A stretch of DNA of 9,379 nucleotides. Origin: a virus (taxonomy: Duplodnaviria > Heunggongvirae > Uroviricota > Caudoviricetes). Position 1 is the first letter of the stretch. Each line of letters opens with the position of its first letter. Of this stretch, positions 1 to 7,067 are shown piece by piece. A model generated the notes under the pieces. The model was given only the letters and a program-made list of their open reading frames with translations. It was not told where the DNA came from and did no database searches. A program made the translations under genes and the position numbers. The stretch is taken from IMG/VR virus record IMGVR_UViG_2778261313_000003, positions 1-9,379 of that record. One strand, written 5' to 3'.

Positions 1-414
1 GATTACAGTATTTGGCATTGCAGCGGACGGCCAGAAGAACGGAACGCCAATAGCTGGAGCACCTTCTCCCAAACCAAGGTTTTCGAGAGCCGTTGGTACT
101 GTGCCGTCCGATTTGATATCACCAAACGGATTCTTGCGGCTCAGGTATTCAACAGCAAACCCCGATCCAAGCAATTCAACAAAACCGGGCAGATCACCAT
201 TATCAAGCACATCCCGTTGCGTTTTATCACTTACAAACTGGGCCAGAGCTGCAGCAATAAAGCTGGCCTGCCGAATAACCTTATTGACTTGCGCACTGGA
301 GGCTTTCCCTGCTGTAAATCCAGATAAAAGCGCGGGCAACGCTTCCCATTCCTCCTGCGATATAACATTGGCATTTCGATCCGTTGCAAACGCTTTAAAG
401 TCATTTTTCGCCAT
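1..414 (-). CDS. phage tail fiber protein, N-terminal 138 codons (gene continues beyond window start)
   Basis: Not in the ORF track because it has no stop in the window. Minus-strand ATG at 412..414 overlaps the stop of the upstream gene (ATGA), preceded by GGGGAG. The frame is open to position 1 ([61 protein letters not shown]...[16 protein letters not shown]). The fiber call rests on position directly after the J and I-position genes and a remembered resemblance to enterobacterial phage fiber N-termini. Confidence 0.5.
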   Translation of the reverse strand, partial: MAKNDFKAFATDRNANVISQEEWEALPALLSGFTAGKASSAQVNKVIRQASFIAAALAQFVSDKTQRDVLDNGDLPGFVELLGSGFAVEYLSRKNPFGDIKSDGTVPTALENLGLGEGAPAIGVPFFWPSAAMPNTVI

Positions 415-1094
415 CAGAGTAATACTCCCCATGCTCCTACATCAAAACCACTGATGAATTCGTTATCCATATCAAAACCAAAAAATTTTGAGCCTTCCGA
501 TGGGGTTTCCACCGAAGGTGTTTCAATGCCACCCGCCCATACCCCGGCGGCTTTTACTGTGAGATACCCCTGTTTAATTGCCGCAATTAACTCACGCGAT
601 ACATCTGAAATATCAGTATCAGGAAAGACCCAGACCGATATCGTCATGTCCTGGTTATCGACTATCTGCATTCGCAGTCCGGATCCTGCTGTCGCCGCGT
701 CAAGAATTGCCGGAAGCGAATCATTCCGTCCGTCCCAGTTATTAATCGCAATCTTCGCTTTAAGGATGACACGATAAGTTTCATCGCTGAGGTACATGTA
801 TCCGGAATCAGGATCGTATGGCCCCTGCCATACACCCTGATCATATCCAAGCCCGTCGGTATCCCAGCTGAAATAGACACCTGAGATAGGCTGGCTGACA
901 ACACGGCTACGTCCGACCCACAATCCAAGAATGTCAAGTTGCACACCAACCGCAGAGTCAATATCAAATGCAGTAATCAGCCCTCTGGTGGCAGCCGCAA
1001 CATCAATAAGCGGCCGGGTCATCAGATCAACATGTGCAAGAAATTTAGGTTTGGTGGCGTGGTAGTTCGTGATTAGTTCGGTGTATTTGCTCAT
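414..1094 (-). CDS. baseplate wedge / tail-fiber-attachment protein (P2 gpI / Mu gp48 position)
   Basis: 226-aa ORF whose ATG overlaps the stop of the J-like gene (ATGA) and whose stop overlaps the start of the fiber gene. Family call is from position between baseplate J and the fiber, not from a verified domain hit. Confidence 0.55.
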   Translation of the reverse strand: MSKYTELITNYHATKPKFLAHVDLMTRPLIDVAAATRGLITAFDIDSAVGVQLDILGLWVGRSRVVSQPISGVYFSWDTDGLGYDQGVWQGPYDPDSGYMYLSDETYRVILKAKIAINNWDGRNDSLPAILDAATAGSGLRMQIVDNQDMTISVWVFPDTDISDVSRELIAAIKQGYLTVKAAGVWAGGIETPSVETPSEGSKFFGFDMDNEFISGFDVGAWGVLL

Positions 1095-2290
1095 GACTCC
1101 ACCGTTATAACGATATTTCCCGGGGTACAGGACGCAGATTCGTTGTATCTGATATCAATGTTTGATGACGACAAAGCCCCCGGGGATTTCCCAATCGTCA
1201 GTTCCTGAATATCGTAATAGCGTGCATTCCCGCCACTCACCACGCCAAGATTCGCCGGTGAGTAAATGCGACTCAAAAGGACCGAATCACCAATCGTCAG
1301 ACTATTGATATAGTCTGAAATAGCCTGCTGGATCTGCTGCCCTATCTGTGAGGTATAACCCGTAAAAACTTTTAATTTAATCCGGGCATAAACAGGCACA
1401 TCACTGGAACGCGAGAATTTGATTACATGGGGATTGCCGTATTTATCCGGAACCGTAACGGATGTTGTACCGTGAGTGGCTGTCCCCTGGCCTTTATTCC
1501 CTCTGATAGCCTGAGCAATATCCGTCACATCACCGCCATCCACAATTACAGCAACAGAGTGTGGCGGTAACCCGTTACCGTCCTCCGAACCAGTATCGTT
1601 TTCATAGAGTTTGTGGCGGGTTACACCGGTAACATTAGAAACAGCACCATCCAGTGCTTCAAATGGGGTTATTGATGGCAACGCAACACTTTGCGACTGG
1701 CGGATACGTAACTCCGCATCAGTTTCTGCTGGAGTGCCTACAGTAGCTGCAGCAGGATTGGTTACCGAAACCCAGCCACGGGTTGGCGTATTAATTTCAG
1801 TGATAGTTCCAGCCAGCGCCGCCACTGCACCACTGACGGAACATTTTGCGGTCACCATCACTGTACCATCCACGCCGACCACCACTGAAGCAGGCAAACG
1901 CCATATCACATTATTACTGTCTTTCACGCTGCCATTAATGATGGTTGTTCCGGCAGTTCCTGTAAGAAGCAAATCAACCGTAGAATTCGTCGCGCCTTTA
2001 CGTGAAATACCATTTATTTTCACGTTACTGGTCAGTGCAGCCCCATAGCCGGTTGCCGGTGAAAAACAGTTGTAGACAGTTATCGCCATATTATTGGCAT
2101 CATGAATCGCCAGCGCCATCAGAGCCACCATCTGGCCGTCTTTGCTGTCCGGTTCGAGGTAGGCATCACTGCCATAAATCTGCTGAAAATAGCTAATCAG
2201 GGTGCTGAGTATCGTCTGATAATCAGGCGCACTGATCCCCTCCGCGGTTACCTTTGCAGATAAACCGAGAGAATCAAGGTTCAGAGCCAT
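1091..2290 (-). CDS. baseplate J-like protein (gp6/gpJ/Mu gp47 type)
   Basis: 399-aa ORF, translationally coupled on both sides by overlapping start/stop codons. Size, Gly/Thr/Ser-rich composition and position between the W-position and I-position genes match baseplate J proteins. Confidence 0.65.
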   Translation of the reverse strand: MALNLDSLGLSAKVTAEGISAPDYQTILSTLISYFQQIYGSDAYLEPDSKDGQMVALMALAIHDANNMAITVYNCFSPATGYGAALTSNVKINGISRKGATNSTVDLLLTGTAGTTIINGSVKDSNNVIWRLPASVVVGVDGTVMVTAKCSVSGAVAALAGTITEINTPTRGWVSVTNPAAATVGTPAETDAELRIRQSQSVALPSITPFEALDGAVSNVTGVTRHKLYENDTGSEDGNGLPPHSVAVIVDGGDVTDIAQAIRGNKGQGTATHGTTSVTVPDKYGNPHVIKFSRSSDVPVYARIKLKVFTGYTSQIGQQIQQAISDYINSLTIGDSVLLSRIYSPANLGVVSGGNARYYDIQELTIGKSPGALSSSNIDIRYNESASCTPGNIVITVES

Positions 2291-2643
2291 TACGCCTCCG
2301 ATGTAACAGTCGTTATTCCATAAAGAGTGTCGATTTCAGCGGAAAACATGACACGTCGGGTCGTGGTATCCACCGTCGTATTGAAAGAGAGGATTGATTT
2401 AACGCCCTGCGTTTCGAGGATGCGCTTACGGATCGCCAGGTTGTAGGTTTCCGGCTTCTGCTTACCGAGTACGGACTGGATCCACGGAGTCCCCTCGGTG
2501 GTGTCGAGAAACCATTGCCCATACCACAATTCGAATCGAGTTTTTACCGCCTGCGCCACGGCCTCCGGTGAGTTAATCAGCCAAGTGTCATCACCGCTGC
2601 CAAAGGTGTAATCGCCATCGGCGTCTTCACGTCTGTATCGCAT
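2290..2643 (-). CDS. small baseplate protein at the gpW/gp25 position (Mu gp46-like)
   Basis: 117-aa ORF whose ATG overlaps the stop of the V-like gene and whose stop overlaps the ATG of the J-like gene. Call is by synteny; no lysozyme-like motif was verified. Confidence 0.5.
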   Translation of the reverse strand: MRYRREDADGDYTFGSGDDTWLINSPEAVAQAVKTRFELWYGQWFLDTTEGTPWIQSVLGKQKPETYNLAIRKRILETQGVKSILSFNTTVDTTTRRVMFSAEIDTLYGITTVTSEA

Positions 2644-3395
2644 CAGTTTACTCCGTCGGTATTGCTTCCACCGCGCTGAACACCACCATGAGTGTGCGTA
2701 TCATCGATTGGCTTGCCGTTAGCCTTCACGCTACCCAAAAACTCAACAGCACCAGTGATTTTTGAAGCCACACCAGAAACAACAGACCCCACCATGCCTC
2801 CCATCCAGGTTAACAGGCCATGAATGGTTACTTTCTCAGAAAAATCAGCCAGAGGGGCAACCACATCAAGGCCCCCCGGAGCGACAATTTTAATTTTCCT
2901 GGTATCAGGATTAAGCTCAAAATAGGTGCTGCCGTCATCACTACGCAACTGTGTGGCACTGGTATTAATACCGCTAATCTTCCTTGCCTGCGACTGGGGA
3001 CCGACAATACAAAACGCATCCGATAAATCATGCATTCTGTCATCGACCGGCTCCTGTATCCCGCCACTCTGCCACCAGAAATCAATACAACGATCGGCAA
3101 AAATCACCAAACATTCATCACCGGCTTTAACTGGAAACGTTAGCGTACAGCCTCCGCCACGCGGGAATACCACTGGCACATCCACCAGCAATGGGTAATT
3201 TTTGGTAATGCGGTTGCCGTCGTTATCAATTTCAACGTAACGGATAGCAGGCTGTACAACCGCCGTCACCGCATCAGGAGCGAATGACTGAACAATGCCA
3301 GGCAAGGCGACACGGATCTGGTTCTTTGTTGTTTCCCGTTCAGATTTAAATGTTTCGGCAAGGTCGCCGCTGCGGGTCTGGTCAGATACTGCCAT
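2643..3395 (-). CDS. baseplate central spike / assembly protein V-like
   Basis: 250-aa ORF. The N-terminal half contains ...PLLVDVPVVFPRGGG...GDECLVIFADRCIDFWW...RMHDLSDAFCIVG, a pattern I recognise from spike N-terminal (gp138-N / Mu gp45-type) domains. RBS GGAG sits 8 nt upstream of the ATG at 3393..3395. Confidence 0.6.
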   Translation of the reverse strand: MAVSDQTRSGDLAETFKSERETTKNQIRVALPGIVQSFAPDAVTAVVQPAIRYVEIDNDGNRITKNYPLLVDVPVVFPRGGGCTLTFPVKAGDECLVIFADRCIDFWWQSGGIQEPVDDRMHDLSDAFCIVGPQSQARKISGINTSATQLRSDDGSTYFELNPDTRKIKIVAPGGLDVVAPLADFSEKVTIHGLLTWMGGMVGSVVSGVASKITGAVEFLGSVKANGKPIDDTHTHGGVQRGGSNTDGVN

Positions 3396-3411
3396 TTAGT
3401 AGGCTCCAGAA

Positions 3412-3440
3412 AGCAAAAAACCCTCCAAGTGGCGGGTTTG
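3412..3440 (-). terminator. putative rho-independent terminator downstream of the HEPN-like gene
   Basis: Minus-strand RNA would read CCCGCC-ACUU-GGAGGG (five G-C pairs with one internal G/A mismatch, extendable by flanking A-U pairs) followed by UUUUUU. It lies between the stop of the 142-aa gene (3460) and the RBS of the V-like gene (3404..3407). Confidence 0.45.
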
Positions 3441-3459
3441 AATTTTGAGAAATTTCAGC

Positions 3460-3888
3460 TTATGCAGTTAACGAGTCATCACCAATCTTCAGTAATTGAT
3501 TAACGATTGCATCGACCTCTTCCGCATCCAGAATTACACTTCTCGCGGTAATCCGGTTGATTTTCCGCTCAAGCTTGTAATCAGAATTAACACGTTGGGC
3601 ATGCGTCATTTTCAGTTTAACGCCGATTTTCTTTACTGCGTTAACATCAACATCGTTAAGTGCAGCTGCCTCACCACTACAAAAGGCCGTATAGACTCGC
3701 ATGTGAACTCCACCTTTTAGTTTTTCACCATCTTGTGTAGCGGTCGGTACCAGATTGTTGGTGATCCGTAAGACGGAATGGTACATACCATAGTATGCTC
3801 GGCTAATAGCATTTCTCGTCCACATCTCACCGTTTAGAGCCAGGGAATGCTTAGCCAATTCAAGAAAACAGGTATGCTCAACCGACAT
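3460..3888 (-). CDS. HEPN-like domain protein (UPF0332-type), candidate RNase toxin/effector
   Basis: 142-aa ORF with ordered motifs as in classical HEPN/UPF0332 proteins: SRAYYGMYH (res 29-37, Arg30-x6-His37), KGGVHMRVYTAF (58-69), QRVNSDY (98-104) and an acidic C-terminal helix DAEEVDAIVNQLL. The ATG shares one nucleotide with the stop of the upstream 243-aa gene (TAATG). Assignment is from motif recall, not an HMM score. Confidence 0.5.
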   Translation of the reverse strand: MSVEHTCFLELAKHSLALNGEMWTRNAISRAYYGMYHSVLRITNNLVPTATQDGEKLKGGVHMRVYTAFCSGEAAALNDVDVNAVKKIGVKLKMTHAQRVNSDYKLERKINRITARSVILDAEEVDAIVNQLLKIGDDSLTA

Positions 3889-4619
3889 TAGAGTTCCCCG
3901 GCTTCAAAGCATCCGACGCATTCTGAATCCGCAAGCCCCGCAATAATAATCTCATCAGCCAAGGCATTATTCATCTGCGAAAGAAGCACTGGATCGTCTG
4001 TTTTGACTTCAACGAACAGCGTATCAAGTTCTGACATTACATAAAAAGCATGAGCGCCAGCAAGACGAGCGCGGTACTTTTCTGCAACGTTCATCATGAG
4101 CCGCCCAATAGTTTTTAGCTCCTGAGCATGATCTTTTTGGGTATGCAGATAATTGAGCGTGTCATACCATTTGCCCATATCTTCAGGGCGCGGTACTTCC
4201 ATTGCAGTTAGCATCGGCATCACCTTTTCAAGCAAATCGATATCAACCCAGTATGCAGAAATTGTAGCAACCTCAGCCAATATCGTTGGATTAAGTGAAT
4301 CAGATGCTTTCTGAATCATCACATACTGGCGAGCATGCAAACCTAAGTTACGCAGCGCAATCGTATAGTTACAAAAAGAAACTGGATCGTTAGGCGCTAT
4401 TCTCAACCCCCGCTCACAGAGTGAACATCCTTCATCTATTTCACCAAGAACAAGCTTAGCTAAGCCTTCAATTGATAGCCCCTGATAACGTTCAGGTAGT
4501 TTCTTCGCTTCACGAATGATTCGATGGATTTCAAACTCACTCAGAAGGTTTTCACCCTTAGTTAATGAAGGAGTCAGAAGATCTAACAGTTCTCCTGATT
4601 TTGGCTGCGCTAAACTCAT
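3888..4619 (-). CDS. hypothetical protein, first gene of the two-gene cassette (possible antitoxin/sensor partner)
   Basis: 243-aa ORF, start ATG at 4617..4619 preceded by AGGA about 11 nt upstream. Predicted mostly helical with two CxxC motifs (C65-S-L-C68 and C234-V-G-C237). No Walker A and no nucleotidyltransferase G[SG]...DxD motif was seen. By eye the gene is roughly 40-45% GC against roughly 50-60% in flanking tail genes. Confidence 0.6.
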   Translation of the reverse strand: MSLAQPKSGELLDLLTPSLTKGENLLSEFEIHRIIREAKKLPERYQGLSIEGLAKLVLGEIDEGCSLCERGLRIAPNDPVSFCNYTIALRNLGLHARQYVMIQKASDSLNPTILAEVATISAYWVDIDLLEKVMPMLTAMEVPRPEDMGKWYDTLNYLHTQKDHAQELKTIGRLMMNVAEKYRARLAGAHAFYVMSELDTLFVEVKTDDPVLLSQMNNALADEIIIAGLADSECVGCFEAGEL

Positions 4620-4768
4620 GTTTTAGTTATTCCTGGCTTTAATGAAGTAGCATATCGATGGCAATCCACCATCAAAAAGTCAGTGCAGTGTAATCGCTCG
4701 TCTCAAAAAACAACAGTTTTTAGAGCACATTTTGTTGTTTTTCAGGCGTTACGAATTTCAGGTTACCT
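4620..4768 (-). promoter_or_regulatory. intergenic leader of the cassette with a weak sigma70-like promoter candidate
   Basis: 149-bp non-coding gap upstream of the 243-aa gene. On the minus strand the best candidate is TTGATG (plus 4670..4675) and TATGCT (plus 4649..4654) with a 15-nt spacer, which is suboptimal. No strong consensus promoter was found. Confidence 0.25.
4705..4742. repeat. AT-rich inverted repeat (10-11 bp arms, about 17-nt spacer)
   Basis: AAAAAACAACA at 4705..4715 is the exact reverse complement of TGTTGTTTTT(T) at 4733..4742. It lies in the gap between the secreted-protein gene and the cassette. Confidence 0.5.
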
Positions 4769-5110
4769 TCACCCAGCCACTTTTTTACAAGGGAAAGATC
4801 CGATGATTTTCGGCGCATCCATGCTGTTCTGCAGAAGCTGGACATTCAGGAATCGCGTTTCGGTACCAGGGCGACGAATGTATTCAAAGCCGTAGTTGTT
4901 ACCGTCTTTGGCAGGCATAAGCCCCATGTCTACTTTCAAACCATTGGTACCCAGTTCGGTGATTTTTTGAGAGGTAACTCTTTCACCGTTGATAGTCGAT
5001 AACTCGCCCTGGTTTGCAACCATAGTGTAGCCACCGCATTTAACCGTGAAGCCATCCGCCCACGCGCTGCACGCAGAAAAGACAGCTAACAGAAAAATAA
5101 TACCCCTCAT
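4769..5110 (-). CDS. small secreted protein or lipoprotein of unknown function
   Basis: 113-aa ORF with an N-terminal signal peptide (MRGIIFLLAVFSACSAWA; possible lipobox FSAC or signal peptidase I site AWA/DG) and two Cys in the mature part. RBS AGGGGA sits 6 nt upstream of the ATG, which lies 3 nt after the hub gene stop. Confidence 0.6.
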   Translation of the reverse strand: MRGIIFLLAVFSACSAWADGFTVKCGGYTMVANQGELSTINGERVTSQKITELGTNGLKVDMGLMPAKDGNNYGFEYIRRPGTETRFLNVQLLQNSMDAPKIIGSFPCKKVAG

Positions 5111-5113
5111 TGC

Positions 5114-6175
5114 TCATCCCCTTTGCAAAGCCGATCGCGTATACAGATCCGCCGCGCCACGCGCTTCGCACATCATATCCATGTACCACGCCTGGCCCCT
5201 TGTGTCGCCAGTGTACATAATCCCGCGCACAATATAAACGCCATCCGTTGCGATGCTGGCAGGCTGCGATGTGGTGCCGCTTAGCGTGATATTTCCATCC
5301 GTGTTCTGGTCGGTGATCTGACCACCAGCCATCGCAATATCGTTGTTCGACAAGGCGGTACGATACACGGAAGCCTGATCCAGCTGAATAAGTCCGTTAA
5401 CCCGGATGTTCGGATTAATAAGCGCGCGGACGTTTACGCCGTTACCGATAGTCTGCTGCGGCATGCCAATAAGCCCGGTAGCGCTGTTGAGCACAATCGC
5501 TTCATGAACATATTCGTTATTCGCCACCATCTGGCGCTGACCGTCCACGAATTGCCATGTTGCGCCACATTGCCCGGCTACGTTATCCATTAGATGCCGC
5601 GTCATGCCAAAGAGTACCCGCCCCCGGGGGAATACAGTAGCAGGCATTTCAGGCGTCAGGCCTTCGGTCGCGCCTTTGGCTTCGAAGTCTTTCATCAGCG
5701 CACGGTTTACATCAGCGACCGTGTAACCGGCAGCCAGCGTCTGTGAGGTTATACTGGTGGCAAAAGCCAGATCAGTATCTGCTGCCTGAATCAGGACGTA
5801 GGAATCAACCGGACTGTCTTTTCCTGTGACCGAGTAGCGAATTTCACCGCTGAAAATCAGTCCGTAGTTGCGGCCATCACTCTGACCCACGTCCGCCGCG
5901 TCAACTTCCCGCACGGTCCCGACGTCGCTTGCCGACACCTCCGGCGCGATACCGTCGTAACCGGCAATCAGACGCACTTTCGAAAACTCCTGCCCGGTGA
6001 TTCGGTTCACAGTATCTGCCGAGAGGTTATAAATTTTGATAGTCCCTACCCGGGACGCGCTGCTGATGTTGAACCAGTCGATCGTAAAGGTGACTTTAAA
6101 ATCACTTAGCTCAATTCCCTGACCGTTCCCGTCCACAAGCTGCAGCTCGAAATGTCTCATCCAGTTCTGTGACAT
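5114..6175 (-). CDS. putative baseplate hub protein (P2 gpD / Mu gp44 / XkdQ-like)
   Basis: 353-aa ORF with RBS GGAG 5 nt upstream of the ATG. Size, position after the tape measure and small tail genes, and a C-terminal ...DGVYIVRGIMYTGDTRGQAWY... segment resemble hub proteins of simple contractile tails. Identity is inferred. Confidence 0.45.
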   Translation of the reverse strand: MSQNWMRHFELQLVDGNGQGIELSDFKVTFTIDWFNISSASRVGTIKIYNLSADTVNRITGQEFSKVRLIAGYDGIAPEVSASDVGTVREVDAADVGQSDGRNYGLIFSGEIRYSVTGKDSPVDSYVLIQAADTDLAFATSITSQTLAAGYTVADVNRALMKDFEAKGATEGLTPEMPATVFPRGRVLFGMTRHLMDNVAGQCGATWQFVDGQRQMVANNEYVHEAIVLNSATGLIGMPQQTIGNGVNVRALINPNIRVNGLIQLDQASVYRTALSNNDIAMAGGQITDQNTDGNITLSGTTSQPASIATDGVYIVRGIMYTGDTRGQAWYMDMMCEARGAADLYTRSALQRG

Positions 6176-6177
6176 GC

Positions 6178-6480
6178 TTACTCCGTTGATACCAGTAAAT
6201 GGCTGCGACCGCCCAGGTCAGTTTTTGTGGGGTAATCCTGTGTGTTGTCATCACAGACCACCACCAGCTTAAAACCAAGCCCCATACAGGCGTACTGCGC
6301 CAGCAGGTCAGCACCAGTGACGAGAGGAATACCGGAGATTACCGGCTCCCCTCTGTCGTTCTGCAGGTCCATAATCCAGTACAGATCGCGCCATATGATG
6401 CTAATCCGCCAGGTGACACCACCCAGGACGATGCTGAACTGCTGGTTGTCCGCTGTCAGCGGAATTTCCTGAATTGTCAT
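6178..6480 (-). CDS. small phage tail/baseplate-associated protein (unassigned family)
   Basis: 100-aa ORF whose ATG at 6478..6480 overlaps the stop of the upstream 195-aa gene. Its stop lies 2 nt before the hub gene ATG. Confidence 0.5.
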   Translation of the reverse strand: MTIQEIPLTADNQQFSIVLGGVTWRISIIWRDLYWIMDLQNDRGEPVISGIPLVTGADLLAQYACMGLGFKLVVVCDDNTQDYPTKTDLGGRSHLLVSTE

Positions 6481-7067
6481 TAGCCGCCCCCCAGTAATGA
6501 CGCCACGTTACCCGTGATGCTTTTCAGCAGTGAAGTATCTGGAGGTTTTGTGGTTTTGTTGCCGCTGTTCTGTACCGCCGACGTGCTGGCCCCTTCCTTC
6601 ATGTTGGTTTTATCCGCGACGGTAATCTGCTGTGTCCGGGAGATAATGACCTCCCTCAGGGTGAGGACGGCGGACAGGACGTTTTCGGTTGTCTTGTCCG
6701 TCGTCACTTCCAGCGCCCGGATCAACATGTTGCTGTACAGCCGTTTACCGGTTACCACATCGAAGGGGATACGGCTTTCCTGCAGATCCAGTAGCTCCTG
6801 ATACGTCTGCTGAGGACTCAGGCCGAGCAGGCTGGTAGCCGTCAGGTTACTGGCAAAATCCAGCAATGCGCCGCCACCGGCGAAACCAACCTCCATCACC
6901 ACTTCTGACGGTTTTTTATAGGCATGATCAGCGACAGCGGCCCCGACCTCTACCGGATGCTCTGTTATTTCAAGCATATCTGTATGCTTCTCTGAAATAA
7001 CAACACTGGGAACAATCATTCCTATTTTTCTGCTCTGCTGATGAAAAAGTGTAGAGAGAATATCCAC
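6480..7067 (-). CDS. phage tail protein (unassigned family), probable GTG start
   Basis: 195-aa ORF. Codon 1 is GTG (plus 7065..7067), overlapping the tape measure TAG stop and preceded by GAGGGTGGGG. The first internal ATG (codon 17) has no good RBS. Confidence 0.5.
   Translation of the reverse strand: MDILSTLFHQQSRKIGMIVPSVVISEKHTDMLEITEHPVEVGAAVADHAYKKPSEVVMEVGFAGGGALLDFASNLTATSLLGLSPQQTYQELLDLQESRIPFDVVTGKRLYSNMLIRALEVTTDKTTENVLSAVLTLREVIISRTQQITVADKTNMKEGASTSAVQNSGNKTTKPPDTSLLKSITGNVASLLGGG

Noticed and set aside
101-777. Plus-strand ORFs 101..454 and 454..777
   Set aside because: They lie antisense to the minus-strand fiber and I-position genes, which fit a translationally coupled operon with plausible RBSs. 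The plus-strand ORFs have no such support.
1611-3198. Plus-strand and alternative-frame ORFs inside the J, W and V genes (1611..2048, 2002..2196, 2313..2522, 2820..3026, 2828..3100, 2926..3198)
   Set aside because: All are nested in or antisense to longer, syntenically supported genes. Their translations are low-complexity or Pro/Ser/Arg-rich, typical of out-of-frame reading.
3888-4619. 243-aa protein as a minimal nucleotidyltransferase (MNT) antitoxin partnering the HEPN protein
   Set aside because: No G[SG]-x(9-13)-D-x-[DE] nucleotidyltransferase motif was found in the translation, and the protein is about twice the size of typical MNT antitoxins.
3451-4762. 8-bp direct repeat AATTTCAG on both flanks of the cassette (about 3451..3458 and 4755..4762) as possible insertion-site duplication
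   Set aside because: Too short to be significant. An 8-mer match between two intergenic stretches of this size is expected by chance at appreciable frequency, and no integrase or recombinase gene is present.
4683-4895. Plus-strand ORF of 70 aa spanning the cassette leader and the 3' end of the secreted-protein gene
   Set aside because: It overlaps the well-supported minus-strand 113-aa gene and has no RBS.
6111-6483. Extra ORFs around the 100-aa gene (6111..6314 minus, 6199..6483 plus, 6242..6472 plus)
   Set aside because: They overlap the coupled 353-aa and 100-aa genes in other frames. The track already has a consistent non-overlapping minus-strand set.
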